Shown piece by piece: positions 10,341 to 21,570 of a DNA stretch of 34,166 nt; position 1 is the first letter of the stretch, and each line of letters begins with the position of its first letter. The stretch covers positions 21,834,487 through 21,868,652 of the forward strand of contig NC_069004.1 of the NCBI RefSeq assembly GCF_001194135.2, written 5' to 3'. Under the pieces are notes generated by a model. The model saw only the letters and a program-made list of their open reading frames with translations, made no database searches and was not told the origin of the DNA. The position numbers and the translations under genes are program-made. This stretch comes from Octopus bimaculoides. Its lineage: Eukaryota.

Positions 10341-10824
10341 TTTTTATTTATTCCATTTGTCTTCACAGGGCAGAAAACCCAAATGTCAAAAGGAATGTAA
10401 AAACTACAGGATATCAGCTCTCTCTTTCTCACACACACACACACACATAAACACAAACACATATGTATGTTGTCTCAGCATGTCTTCATATTGACACCTT
10501 TTGAGCAAAAAAACAAGATGACATCAGGAAGGGAATCCTTTCATAGAATAATTTCTAAAGAAATCTTGTCCAGTCTACACCAGGATGGAAAAGCCTACTC
10601 AAAAATTGATGTTTACTCTCTCTCACACACACACACACACAGAAGTTCACACAACATTGGTCAACTCTAATCTACAGCAGGTAACACCAGCACAAGTGCC
10701 ATTCACTCTGAAATTACATGGTTGCAAAATGAGCTTCTTACCCCGCAACTATATTCCCACTAATAAAGGACACATCTAAAAGGACACATGAAAAAATGAA
10801 AACAAACAAATAAATATCTTATAA

Positions 10825-10830
10825 TTTATT
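10825..10830 (-). terminator. Candidate polyadenylation signal of the JmjC/cupin-like gene
   Basis: AATAAA on the minus strand about 110 nt past the stop; motif only. Confidence 0.35.
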
Positions 10831-10941
10831 AAATCCATCTTTTCTGACCCAGCCTTTTTTTTTTTTTTTTTTAAATCCTTTGCTATGAAATCTAATGTGG
10901 TTGGCATTGATCTTCAGCCAATCACATGAAATAAGATTATT

Positions 10942-11027
10942 TCAGTCATACTCTGATCCGATAGCAATACTCACCTCTTTAAGATGGATGTAAGTAGAAT
11001 GATACCACTGATTGGTGTCCAATATAA
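10942..11027 (-). CDS. JmjC/cupin-like protein, coding exon 4 (last)
   Basis: ttccttttgtcttgtag acceptor. Translates (L)ILDTNQWYHSTYIHLKEVSIAIGSEYD*. The four exons total 680+136+133+86 = 1035 nt = 344 aa + stop. Confidence 0.9.
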
Positions 11028-11127
11028 CTACAAGACAAAAGGAAATAAATTATCATAAATATAAATATACACAGATTTATATGCATAGCACATATTCATG
11101 ATATCACATAATTCACAGGAAAACATA

Positions 11128-11324
11128 TTCTTTTATTTGTTTCAGTCATTTGACTGCGGCCATGCTAGAGCACCGCCTATAGTCAAACAAATCGACCCCA
11201 GGACTTATTCTTTGTAAGCCTAGTACCTATTCTATCAGTCTTTTTTGCCAAACCGCTAAGTTATGGGGATGTAAACACATCAACATTGGTTGTCAAGCAA
11301 TGGTGGGGGACAAACACAGACACA
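11128..11324 (-). mobile_element. SINE (3' part)
   Basis: tttcagtcatttgactgcggccatgctagagcaccgcc...cgaccccaggacttattctttgtaagcc; near-identical copy at 11666-11875. Confidence 0.8.
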
Positions 11325-11350
11325 CAAAAAAATATATATATATAAATTAT

Positions 11351-11515
11351 ACGACAGGCTTCTTTCAGTTTCCGTCTACCAAATCCACTCACAAGGATTT
11401 GGTCGGTCTGAGGCTATAGTAGAAGACACTTGTCCAAGGTGCCACGCAGTGGGACTGAACTTGGGACCTTGTGGTTGGCAAGCAAGCTACTTATCACACA
11501 GCCACTCCTGCACCT
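11351..11515 (-). mobile_element. tRNA-derived SINE
   Basis: Minus-strand head ggtgcaggagtggctgtgtgataag...ggttcagtcccactgcgtggc with A/B-box-like motifs. Confidence 0.85.
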
Positions 11516-11665
11516 TAGATGAACTTATTAACTCCTCAATCCATGAACCAAGTTTGACATAAAAAATTCTATGAAATCTCATAAATAATTATATGCACAT
11601 ATTCAAACAGGAACAAAATGCATATTGCAGGGATGTGTGAATGCAAAAATGATTTTTCTTAAATA

Positions 11666-11875
11666 TTCTTTTATTCTTTTACTTGTTTCAGTCATTTGAC
11701 TGTGGCCATGCTGGAGCACCACCTTTAGTCGAACAAATCGACCCCAGGACTTATTCTTTGGAAGCCTAGTACTTAGTCTGTCGTTCTCTATTGCTGAATC
11801 ACTAAGTCACAGGAACGTAAACACACCAACATTGGTTGTCAAGCAATGGTTGGGGGGGGACAAACACAGACACAC
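11666..11875 (-). mobile_element. SINE (3' part), second copy
   Basis: Aligns with 11128-11324. Confidence 0.8.
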
Positions 11876-11900
11876 AAATACATACATACACACATATATA

Positions 11901-12643
11901 AAGAACATTAATACTCATGAGAGATAATAATGTTAGTGGCCACAAGGTAAAGACCGTATAGGAAAAATTGATAGATATATATATAAGAGTGATATATAAT
12001 AAGGGTGCTGTGAAGCACCAGCTTTGCTAAAAATAGGAGTCAAAAATACTCTGAAGCCACAAAAATTAACACTAGATTTTCACGGGCATGGTTAGAAAAA
12101 AACTAAGTGAATAAGGATTGCATCTTACCTTTGCAAAATTGCAAGAAGGAATGCCAGTTAACCTGGTATGGCCAAAAGCACTTGATTCTCTTCAGCCAAG
12201 TCTACTCACAACAAACCTATGTATCACTTTAACCAATGCTTGTGTTCGTTTCAGTGCCCAAACCACATTGAGAAAACAAACTGAGTGAATAATATTTTTA
12301 AATATATAAAGAACATTAATAATCATGACAGATAATAATGTTAGTGGCCGCAAGCTAAAAACTGTATAGGCAAAATTGATATCTATAAGAATTATATATA
12401 ACAAGGGCGCTATGAAGCACCAGCCTCAGTAATAATAGGAGTCAAAAATGCTCCAAAGCCACAAAAGTTAACACTTGTTATTAACTGGCATTCCTTCTTG
12501 CAATTTTGCAAAGGTAAGATGCAATCCTTATTCACTTAGTTTTTTTTTCCAACCATGCCCGTGAAAATCTAGTGTTAATTTTTGTGGCATCAGAGTATTT
12601 TTGACTCCTATTTTTAGCAAAGTTGGTACTTCATAGCTTTCTT
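11901..12643. repeat. Local duplication-inversion: A (11901-12161, +), partial B (12309-12475, +), C (12481-12643, inverted)
   Basis: C is the reverse complement of 12001-12161 with about 10 differences by eye. B repeats the first ~170 nt of A with more divergence. Confidence 0.88.
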
Positions 12644-12709
12644 GTTTTATATATGTATATATAAATATATTTGTATGTGAGTGTGTGTCTGCGAGTGCAT
12701 ATATATACA

Positions 12710-13991
12710 CACGAGGGAGTACTCCCAAAAAACTGGAATTTTGCAGTATTAATTTATTCACTTAGCTTTACATGTTTACACTTTTATTGCCTTCAAAGTA
12801 TTCTCCATTTGAAGCAATGCATCAATCCAGATGCGTTTTCCACAGTTCGAAGCAGTCCTGGAACTCTTGCGAAGTGATGCCTTTTAACACTTCTGTCGTT
12901 TTTTTTTTCTTCACCTCTTCCGCATCTGCAAAACGTCTTCCTTTAAGGACTTTTTTCATTTGAGGTAACAGAAAAAAGTCACAGGGAGCAAGTTCGAGTG
13001 AATAGGAAGGGTGGGTAAGCAAGGTCATGCCACTTTTGGCAAAAACTGTCTCACACTCAAAGCAGCGTGTGCAGGCACATTGTCATGATAAAACCACCAC
13101 TTTCCACTTTCCCACAGGTCAGAGCATTTTTGTCTCACTGCGTCTCGTAAACACTTCAGAACTGCTAAGTAAAATGTCTGGTTAGCAGTTTGACCAGGAG
13201 GAACAAATTCTATGTGGACAATTCCCTTTGCATCAATGAAACAAATCAGAATCGTCTTGATATTGGACTTCACTTGATGCGCTTTTTTGAGGCATGGTGA
13301 CACTGAATGCTTCGATTGCCTTGATTGCTGCTTCATTTCCAGGTTGTAGCCATAGCATCAGCTTTTGTCACCCGTGATGACCTTCGGAAAAAGGTCCAGA
13401 TCAACTTCCAACTGTTATTTTAGTTGTGATTGCTTTTGACCTTCCTTGAGCAAGTGAGGCACAAATTTTGCTGCAACACTTTTCTTTCACAATTCCTTGC
13501 TCAAAATTCTTTGGCTGGAACTCCAGGATACACCAATCATATCAACAAGTTCTTCAATTGTTCAGCAACAATCCTCCAAGATCAGTTCATGAATTTCCAT
13601 GATGTCGCCCTGAACGAGGTTGGTCTTCAAGTGACAAAAGACCATTCCTAAAGCATGAAAACCACTTGTAAACTTGTGTTTTGCTGATGGCAGCATTCTT
13701 GTAAGCTGTTTGAAGTATGGCAACTGTTTCGGCTGCCACTTTCCCCAGCAGAAAACAGAATTTCTTGGAAGCATGCTGTTCCTTCATTTCAGCCATCACA
13801 GAAATTGACAAATGGGAAAAGCACTGCAAAGCAAAGACGCACCATGTGGCAGTACAACTTCAGTCAATGACACCGGTTGGCAGACTGATGCCTGAGGGTC
13901 GCATCAAGTGGCTTCTAGCAGTAAAAGCCTGGACCACCACAGGCTTGTCCCATAGAGAACATTTCTGGTTACGTTTGGTTACACCCTTATA
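12710..13991 (-). mobile_element. Decayed mariner (Tc1/mariner) transposon, ~1.28 kb
   Basis: HTH-like N-terminus 'KFCFLLGK.AAETV..LQTAY...AISKTQVYKWF..FRNG..SLED.PRSGR', catalytic 'WFYHDNVPAH' and 'YSLELAPCDFFLLP'. Degenerate TIRs acgagggagtactcccaaaaaactggaa and rc(ttctggttacgtttggttacacccttata). Frameshifted. Confidence 0.9.
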
Positions 13992-13993
13992 TA

Positions 13994-14075
13994 ATGTTAT
14001 CAAAAAGTTCTGGGACTAGTTATGCTTAATAAAAAATAACTTATTTACCTAAGTTCTCATATAAACATTGGCATG
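13994..14075. mobile_element. End fragment of a second mariner-like element abutting the first
   Basis: atgttatcaaaaagttctgggactag resembles mariner TIRs of the 'tcaaaaagttcccggac' type. Confidence 0.35.
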
Positions 14076-15484
14076 CACAAGCTTTCTCGCATAAGATAAT
14101 TAAGGAATTAATTTTGCAATGCAAGGTAGATACCAATCAAGATATTCTTATAAGTTGCCTCCAGTGATCTGTGCATTTATTTCAAAATCCCATTCAGTCT
14201 CATGTAACCTTGCACATTCTCCTCTAAAATGGGGACAAGTACCAACACTTCTGTGTGGCATGCTTGAACAATTGTGAAAATCTCTTCACATGAAGCCATT
14301 GGTTGCCTTGTTAACCCATAAATAAGTAAGTATATTTATATATATACAACATTAAAACATTGCCCAAATGAAATTTAAAATCTACCAATAATCAACATTA
14401 TAGTCAATTAGGAATACATAAATTCATTATTAATTATTGAACTTAGATAATTAATCTGAATGGATCTAACATCACATCAATGACCATGTTCTATTCAAAT
14501 AATGACATTTTTCAACAAGATACTAACCCAATTTTTACTTAAATCATACTCATTGTATTTTTACCTTGTTCACAATATGTAAAAGATATAAGATTGAAAC
14601 TCAGAACATGAGTTGCTCTAAAAACTGCAAGAGCCAATGAAGTAGCCTGTCAATTACATCCTTCTAATTATAAAAAAAAAACAGAAGGGCACATCAAATA
14701 ATGTAAATCTGGAAATACACTCCTGGGGTACTTTTGGCTGTACCTTGTTTACATGGAATAAAATTCTTCAATGAAATCGTGTTTTGTACATGAAGACCCC
14801 TTCTAATGCTAACATTTTTAGTCACCTCTTATAATACATAGGAATGTGGTTAATTATTCTGAACTGGGAATTATTGAATAGAAGAAGTGGATTGAGCTCA
14901 GTAATGATAACTAAAGTGAGGTGCATATGGAAGAAATTCTGGAAGCAGTGGAGAAGAAATTAAGAAGGGGATTGTTACTGAAGAGAAAAGTATATGCTGT
15001 AAGGTGAACAGAACATAAATCTCATTAGTTCAGTGAATGAGTTTGGAGAGGAAACCAAACAATGAATTGCAGCGTATGATAAAATAGAACCACTGATGGG
15101 TGTTGTGAAGAGAAATGGAATGGAATGGTTGAGTCATGTACTGAAAAGATGAAAGTGAGCAAAGGAATGAATGTGGAAAGGAAGTAGATGAAGGAGAAAA
15201 CTATTGATTCTTCTACCCACAGACTTTGTAAAACTTTATGATAATAATTGTTTCTAATAAGACCAGAAATTTTTTGGAGGAATCAGTTGATTACATAAAC
15301 GTCAGTACTTGACAGCTACTTTATTTTATTGACTCAACACAGGAAGGATAAAAGGTTATGTGTCTTTGGGTAGCTTTTATCTCAGAATGTAAATTACAGG
15401 AACCAATATCACAAAACATTTTGTTTTACAGTGCTCTATTGATTTTCCTATCCAATGGTCTTTGTGATGATTTATAATAATTTT

Positions 15485-16783
15485 GGGTAGTGTAGCAAGG
15501 TCTAGACTCAAAGAGCCTTAGAGTTAATCTAGCAAAAACCAAAGTCTTAGTAAATAGGAAAGCAGACAAATCACAAATCACTGCTCAATCTGTAGAAAAG
15601 GCATAGGTAGAAATTCCATAAGATGTACCTGGTATAAGCTATGGATACATAAGAGGTGTAGCAATATCAGAGAAAGGTTAACAGGGAAAATATTTTTCAT
15701 GTGTGGAAGGTGCACAGGTACAATTAACACTAAAAATGTACACCAAATGCCAGGGAGGATACCTAGAAGCAGTTGATAGCTTCTGTTATCTAGATGACCA
15801 AGTCAGTAGCAGAGGTGGATGCTCCAAGACCATAACTGCTAGAATACGAATAGGCTGGACAATATTCAGAGAGTTCCTACCTCTGTTCGGCAGATTGTAT
15901 GATGCCTCTGTGTGAACAGCCATGCTACACAGCAGTGAAACAGGGCTGTGACTGCTGAGAACATGCATAGGCTTGAAAGAAATGAAGCTGGTATGCTTCA
16001 CTGGATGTGCAATGTCAGTGTGCATGTACGACAGAGTGTAAGCATCTTGAGAGAAAAGTTGAGTATAAGAGGCATCAGATTTGGTGTGCAAGGGAGACGA
16101 CTGTGCTGGTATGGTCATGTGATGCATATGGATGAGGATAGCTGTGTGAAGAAGTGCCGATCTCTAAAAGTGGAGGGAAACCCAGGAACACACTGGAGGA
16201 GGTGGTGAAGCATGATCTTCAAATGTTGGGTCTCACAGAGGCAATGACTAGTGATTGGGACCTTTAGTGGTGTACCATGCTTGAGAAGATCCATCGAGCC
16301 AAGTGAAATCATAGTTGTGGTTGTTGTCAGTATCACATAACTGCCACCCATGCTGGTGGCATGTAAATAGCACCTTTCGAGTATTGGGCCTCATGGAGGT
16401 AATGCGGCTGATGCTGGTGTCATGTAACTAGTACCCTTGCTAGTGACATGTAAGAAGCACCTTTCAAGTGTTGGGCCTCACAGAAGCCATAACAAATAAC
16501 CAAGACCTTTGGCAATATGCTGTGCTTGAGAAAAAGGCCCATCAAGCCAAGTGAAATTGTAGTTGCGACAGATACTGGTGTCATGCAACTGGCACATGTG
16601 CCAGTGGTACACAAAAGCACCGTTACACTCTCAGAGTGGTTGGCATTAGGAAAGGCAACCAGCCATAGAAACCATTCCAAATCAGACTGGAGTCTGGTGC
16701 AGTCCCTCAGCTTACCAGCCCTGGTCAAACTGTCCAACCCAAGCCAGCATGGACAACAGATGTTAAACGATGATGATGATGAT
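15485..16783 (+). mobile_element. 5'-truncated RTE-type LINE (end of RT, ORF2 C-terminus, modular 3' tail)
   Basis: 'LRVNLAKTKVL', 'EAVDSFCYL', 'ARIRIGW..FRE.LP', 'RLERNEAGMLHWMC', 'RRLCWYGHV', followed by the (GAT)n tail. Confidence 0.88.
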
Positions 16784-16844
16784 TATGTTTCTGATTTAGG
16801 TACAATGACAGCAAGTTTAAAGAAAGGAGTTAGTACCATCTGCT

Positions 16845-16975
16845 AGTACTAGACTGGTACTTTATTTTATGGATTCTGGAGAGATGAAAGGCAAAGTTAA
16901 CCTCAGTGGGATTTCGATTCAGAAGATAAAGAGCCAGAACAAATACTGCAATATATTATCTCTGTTACTAATGTT
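16845..16975 (-). mobile_element. Degenerate SINE fragment; a similar one lies near 15270-15470
   Basis: ctggtactttatttt...gatgaaaggcaaagttaacctcag is the reverse complement of the 27782-27995 family core. Confidence 0.55.
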
Positions 16976-17032
16976 TGTATGAAGCAACAATGACAAGAAC
17001 AGCAAAGTAAAAAATGAGAACAAGTGACTCAC

Positions 17033-17165
17033 GAATATCTCCAGTTTCCATGGTAACATTCAGAGTATATTTGCATAAATGTTCACACTCCGGAGGAACA
17101 ATAAGCATAAATGTTTTCTTACCAGCTATCATAGCTTGCCATGATGGGCGTTTTACTGCATCAAT
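17033..17165 (-). CDS. JmjC/cupin-like protein, coding exon 3
   Basis: ctcattctattatag acceptor. Translates IDAVKRPSWQAMIAGKKTFMLIVPPECEHLCKYTLNVTMETGDI. Donor C|gtgagt, phase 1. Confidence 0.9.
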
Positions 17166-17684
17166 CTATAATAGAATGAGGATGGTGCAACCATTGAGAA
17201 CAAGATGATGATTAAAGATTGTCATTTAGTGCAACTTGAAGTTATAGAAACATATTGTTTAGATATGGGAACACCATAATCATCACATTTGTCATGTTTG
17301 ACCAAATTTAATTGTTATGAATAAAAATTTCCACTCACTAACATAAAGTCTATACATATATAAATGTGTGTGTATATGGTGTGTACACACATGCATATGT
17401 CTAAATTTAACAGAGCAAGGTATTTAAGAAATAATTATATATCTATGTAACTTTTGCTAAACCAAAGATTTTCAAGAAAAATCTTTGAACTCCCAATTTG
17501 CATAAAAATATGCTGTTTATGGTCCTTTGTTAATGCAGTTTTCAACTGCACAAAATGAATCTTAATTCACTGCAACATCTACTTCGTGTTTCCATCTATA
17601 AATATATTCATGACTAACTTCTGACTCAAATGAGTGCATTCGTCTCTCACTTGCAGTGGCATACATACCTATACTAATTGGTTC

Positions 17685-18373
17685 CAGGAGACACGACTTA
17701 GGTTGGAAAATGATTTAAGTCGAATTAACTTGTCTCTAGGCTAGGCTAGGCTGATAAGAACCATTCCCAGTTCTGTACTTTATTTATGAATGCATTTTCA
17801 ATAATACATGGTTAATAAAACCCATTTTAAGCTTACAAACAAATAATTTTTATTTTTTAATACTGTACAGTAAAAAAAAAAGTAATCTAAATTTATGAAT
17901 ACAATTTGGAGGTGTTTACCATACATCACAGACGCTTTATTTATGAATGTGGTTTGCAATAAGACATGGTAAAATAAAAGTCTTTTTTAAGCTCAAAAAA
18001 CAAATTCAGTAATTATTATTATTTTGCAATATTAAAAAAAAAATTGATTATTTTAAATTTACCAATATGTACATACAATTTAGTGGTTCTGTGATTTCAT
18101 GATTTCATTCACTAAGCGACACTACTTTATGATGTGTATCTTAACATTTACTGTACATATGATTTTATATGCTTTTATTCTTATTTATTGTACAGTAACA
18201 TGATTTTATGTGCTTTTAACAGTTTTGTAGTGATTTTATGATTCCAATCTTTGTGGTGACAGACGTAAAGTCAAGTAAAATGATTTTTTATTTTTCCATA
18301 TCTTATTTTTGAAAACCGAAGTATAATCAAGAATGACTTAAATCAAAATGACTTAAGCCGAGGTATGCCTGTA
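17685..18373. mobile_element. pogo/Tigger-like MITE with an internal ~100 bp tandem duplication
   Basis: Right end reads (rc) TA-CAGGCATACCTCGGCTTAAGT, Tigger-like; left end caggagacacgacttag is degenerate. Duplicated block near 17780-17880 and 17938-18050. Confidence 0.45.
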
Positions 18374-18387
18374 CTTAAAAGCAACAA

Positions 18388-18500
18388 GCTGACAGAATGG
18401 GGAAAATTCTTTGGATGCATTTCGTCCATCCTTACATTCTGAGTTCAGATTCCATCAAAGTTAGCTTTGCCTTTCATCCGTTTGGGGTTGAGAAAATAAA
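18388..18500 (+). mobile_element. Degenerate SINE fragment
   Basis: cattctgagttcagattcc...gctttgcctttcatcc.tttgggg, as in 27600-27772. Confidence 0.6.
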
Positions 18501-18510
18501 AAATAAATAC

Positions 18511-19578
18511 TGTAGTGAAACTACTTCCCGCCATTAGATACAAACTACTATCGCCATTACATACATTCTTCTCATTTAAATATAAATAAATGCGAGCGTA
18601 GTAGAGAACCCATTCCTTGTCATCACGTGACTGATCATTATTCGAATCGGCAACTTCTTCGAACCGTTCCCGTCAGAACGCAAACTGACCAATCACGGCC
18701 CCTAATAAGGTCACGTGATAGAGTAAAATTCTGAAGGCATTTGGAGCCCTCTTAACGCTATATATAGATCAACTCATACCCCACAATTGGTCTCGGTCCA
18801 GTNNNNNNNNNNNNNNNNNNNNNNNNNNNNNNNNNNNNNNNNNNNNNNNNNNNNNNNNNNNNNNNNNNNNNNNNNNNNNNNNNNNNNNNNNNNNNNNNNN
18901 NNNNNNNNNNNNNNNNNNNNNNNNNNNNNNNNNNNNNNNNNNNNNNNNNNNNNNNNNNNNNNNNNNNNNNNNNNNNNNNNNNNNNNNNNNNNNNNNNNNN
19001 NNNNNNNNNNNNNNNNNNNNNNNNNNNNNNNNNNNNNNNNNNNNNNNNNNNNNNNNNNNNNNNNNNNNNNNNNNNNNNNNNNNNNNNNNNNNNNNNNNNN
19101 NNNNNNNNNNNNNNNNNNNNNNNNNNNNNNNNNNNNNNNNNNNNNNNNNNNNNNNNNNNNNNNNNNNNNNNNNNNNNNNNNNNNNNNNNNNNNNNNNNNN
19201 NNNNNNNNNNNNNNNNNNNNNNNNNNNNNNNNNNNNNNNNNNNNNNNNNNNNNNNNNNNNNNNNNNNNNNNNNNNNNNNNNNNNNNNNNNNNNNNNNNNN
19301 NNNNNNNNNNNNNNNNNNNNNNNNNNNNNNNNNNNNNNNNNNNNNNNNNNNNNNNNNNNNNNNNNNNNNNNNNNNNNNNNNNNNNNNNNNNNNNNNNNNN
19401 NNNNNNNNNNNNNNNNNNNNNNNNNNNNNNNNNNNNNNNNNNNNNNNNNNNNNNTATATGCCGCATTCACACTCACACACAGACATACATCTTTAACGCT
19501 ACAATAAATATCTCTGTTATTCATCTAATACGGTTGTGGTCTTTCATTACTGGTCATCTATGTTATCGTCGTATAACA
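18511..19578 (+). mobile_element. Candidate LTR-like segment spanning the assembly gap
   Basis: TGTAG... start, two CACGTG, CCAAT and TATATATA before the gap; AATAAA and a ...TATAACA end after it; CpG-rich. No TSD found. Confidence 0.3.
18803..19453. other. Assembly gap (651 N)
   Basis: Direct reading. Confidence 1.
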
Positions 19579-19907
19579 TATCATGTATATCATCATCTCT
19601 GATATATATATTTTGTGTTCGACCGTGTGACGCGTTTAAATAAAAGGAGTCCTCTGTTTTTCCATTCGTCACCATATCTCCTTTTTGAGTTTGCATGGTC
19701 GTCCCTTACAATACCATTTGAGCATTGGGGGGGGGGGCAATGTAATCAACTTAGCCCCTCCCCTGAAATTGTTGGCGTTGGACCAAAATTTGAAACCAAT
19801 ATTCATATACTTAAGTTTTGAAGATATACACAGACTTCTCAGATTTCATTATTGTAAACAGTGAGATGTTACATAACAACCATAACTTACAGCCAACATT
19901 TGTGTCA

Positions 19908-20129
19908 TTAACCCTTTCGTTACTGTATTTCTTTTGAGATGCTTTGTGTTTCTTTCAATTATTTTAAATATAACAAAGAATTTAGTAAAATAACTTAGTT
20001 ATCATTCAGCTAGTGTTAGGAACATAAATTGTGACTAAGGTTTGGTGGAAGATTTTAATTGAAAACTTATGAAAACAAGACATTTGTACTCAGAGCTGGT
20101 TTCAGCTCGGTTGGTAACAAAACAGTTAA
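19908..20129. mobile_element. TTAA-flanked MITE (piggyBac-like ends), 222 bp
   Basis: ttaaccctttcgttac ... gtaacaaaacagttaa; 13 of 16 terminal positions are complementary. Confidence 0.65.
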
Positions 20130-20257
20130 GGCCACCACTGTGGTATCATTTAAACTACTTGTACTGTCTTATTACAATCAGTACTCATCTGTGTCACTGA
20201 AACATTACCAAAATGTTTCCCAACATGACTACTGAGTTATTATTGGTGTTGATGTGT

Positions 20258-20412
20258 TTATGCCCCCCAAACTTAGCAGATTGGCAAAAGAGACCAATGT
20301 TCCAGGCATAAAAACAAAAAACAGGTACTGGTGTCAATTCATTCGACTAAAAATTCTTCAAGGCAGTGCCCTAGCATGGCCACAGCCTAATAAATGAAAC
20401 AATTAAAAAGTA
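20258..20412 (+). mobile_element. SINE 3' part whose A-rich tail is the insertion site of the palindromic element
   Basis: Reverse complement of the 11128-type SINE (cgactaaa...aaggcagtgccctagcatggccacag...tgaaacaa). Confidence 0.65.
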
Positions 20413-20901
20413 CATTATTTACATTTGACGGATATTTGTCCTCATCTTATTTGTTGTTAACACATTTTGGCTGATATACCCTCCAGCCTTCTTCAGGTGT
20501 CTTGCGGAAATTTCGAACCAAGCTTCTCATTCCTAAGGTATTTTTCAATGTAAGAATTGTTGTTGTTGTTGTTTAGGTCACTGTTTGGAATCGAAATCGG
20601 AATCTTGGGGTTAGTAGCCTGCGCTCTTAACCACTACCCCATATGGCGTAGTGGTTAAGAGCGCGGGCTACTAACCCCAAGATTCTGAGTTCGATTCCAG
20701 GCAGTGACCTGAATAATAAAAATAATAACATCAAAAAATACCTTAGGAATGAGAACCCAGGTTCGAAATTTACCCACACACCTGAAGAAGGCTGGAGGGT
20801 ACATCAGCTGAAACGTTGTGTTAACAACAAACAAGATGAGGACAAATATCCGTCAAATGTAAAAAATGTAAATAATTCCATATCTCTTAAATATAGAACT
20901 A
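20411..20901. mobile_element. Palindromic element: two head-to-head tRNA-like SINE units with a hammerhead-like/Penelope-like tail
   Basis: Arms 20411-20642 and 20643-20870 are reverse complements around ccAT|ATgg. A box TGGCGTAGTGG (20644-20654) and B box GAGTTCGATTCC (20687-20698). Direct repeat aattaaaaagta at 20401-20412 and 20902-20913. Confidence 0.85.
20778..20821 (+). ncRNA. Putative minimal type I hammerhead ribozyme motif
   Basis: Stem I acac/gtgt, core CUGAAGA (20782-20788), one extra A, stem II GGCUG/CAGCU, GAAA (20810-20813), minimal stem III A-CG-U, cleavage triplet GUU. Activity not shown. Confidence 0.5.
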
Positions 20902-21119
20902 AATTAAAAAGTAATAGGTAAAAGGAACCCCAGAACTAATAAGACTGCTTACTCAGTTTCCATGGAGATCAAGACTACAACAGTACACTTGAATGTGATG
21001 CTGGTCAATTGCAGGGTTCAAGGCCAGCAACTTTTGAGGGGAGGAAGAAGCAAGTTGATTACAGAGATTGCCATGTTGGGTGACACATATGGCAGTCAAA
21101 GTAGTTGAACAGAAATGGA

Positions 21120-21570
21120 GTGAAGCCACCCTCAATGCATTGCTCCATCATAGGTCTACGAAGGTCCCTGTCAATAATCTGGGGCTAGTTTATCTTGAGA
21201 CATCCACTAAAGGACTTGGTGAGATTGACATGTTGGAGAAAACATAATTGAGAGATAACTAAGGTAGAGAACCCAAATTCCATTTTCGATACCAGCTCAA
21301 GGCCGCTCTCCTCCACTGTTCCATTGACCCAAATACCTGGGAGACAATCACCAAGGACCACCCAAGATGGCAGCATGTCATCATCAAGGGAACAGATAAG
21401 AAAGAAAATAACAGACGTCAAGAGGCAGAGATCAGATGTTGAAGTGACAAAGTGCAATTCACACATCCTCATCCCCTGCCAACCTTCCCTTGCAATAAAT
21501 GCTCCTGGTTCTTCTATACCACCCTTGGCCTGAACAGCCACATCCGGCACAAGCACCCATCACACCATTA
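21120..21570 (+). mobile_element. RTE-type LINE ORF2 C-terminal remnant of a second subfamily, with a terminal C2H2-like finger
   Basis: HFRYQLKAALLHCSIDPNTWETITKDHPRWQHVIIKG, then FPCNKC and LGLNSHIRHKH across a frameshift. Confidence 0.65.

Noticed and set aside
14860-15190. Possible further LINE ORF2 remnant
   Set aside because: Only a weak 'W..HV' resemblance; too degraded to support.
17014-17208. 64-aa plus-strand ORF
   Set aside because: Antisense to coding exon 3.
18758-19602. Four long ORFs in the supplied track
   Set aside because: They are artefacts of translating through the N gap.
20644-20710. tRNA gene with an ACT anticodon-like loop
   Set aside because: A and B boxes are present, but no acceptor stem closes and the anticodon stem is imperfect. 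It is one arm of a repeat palindrome, so it is a SINE head.
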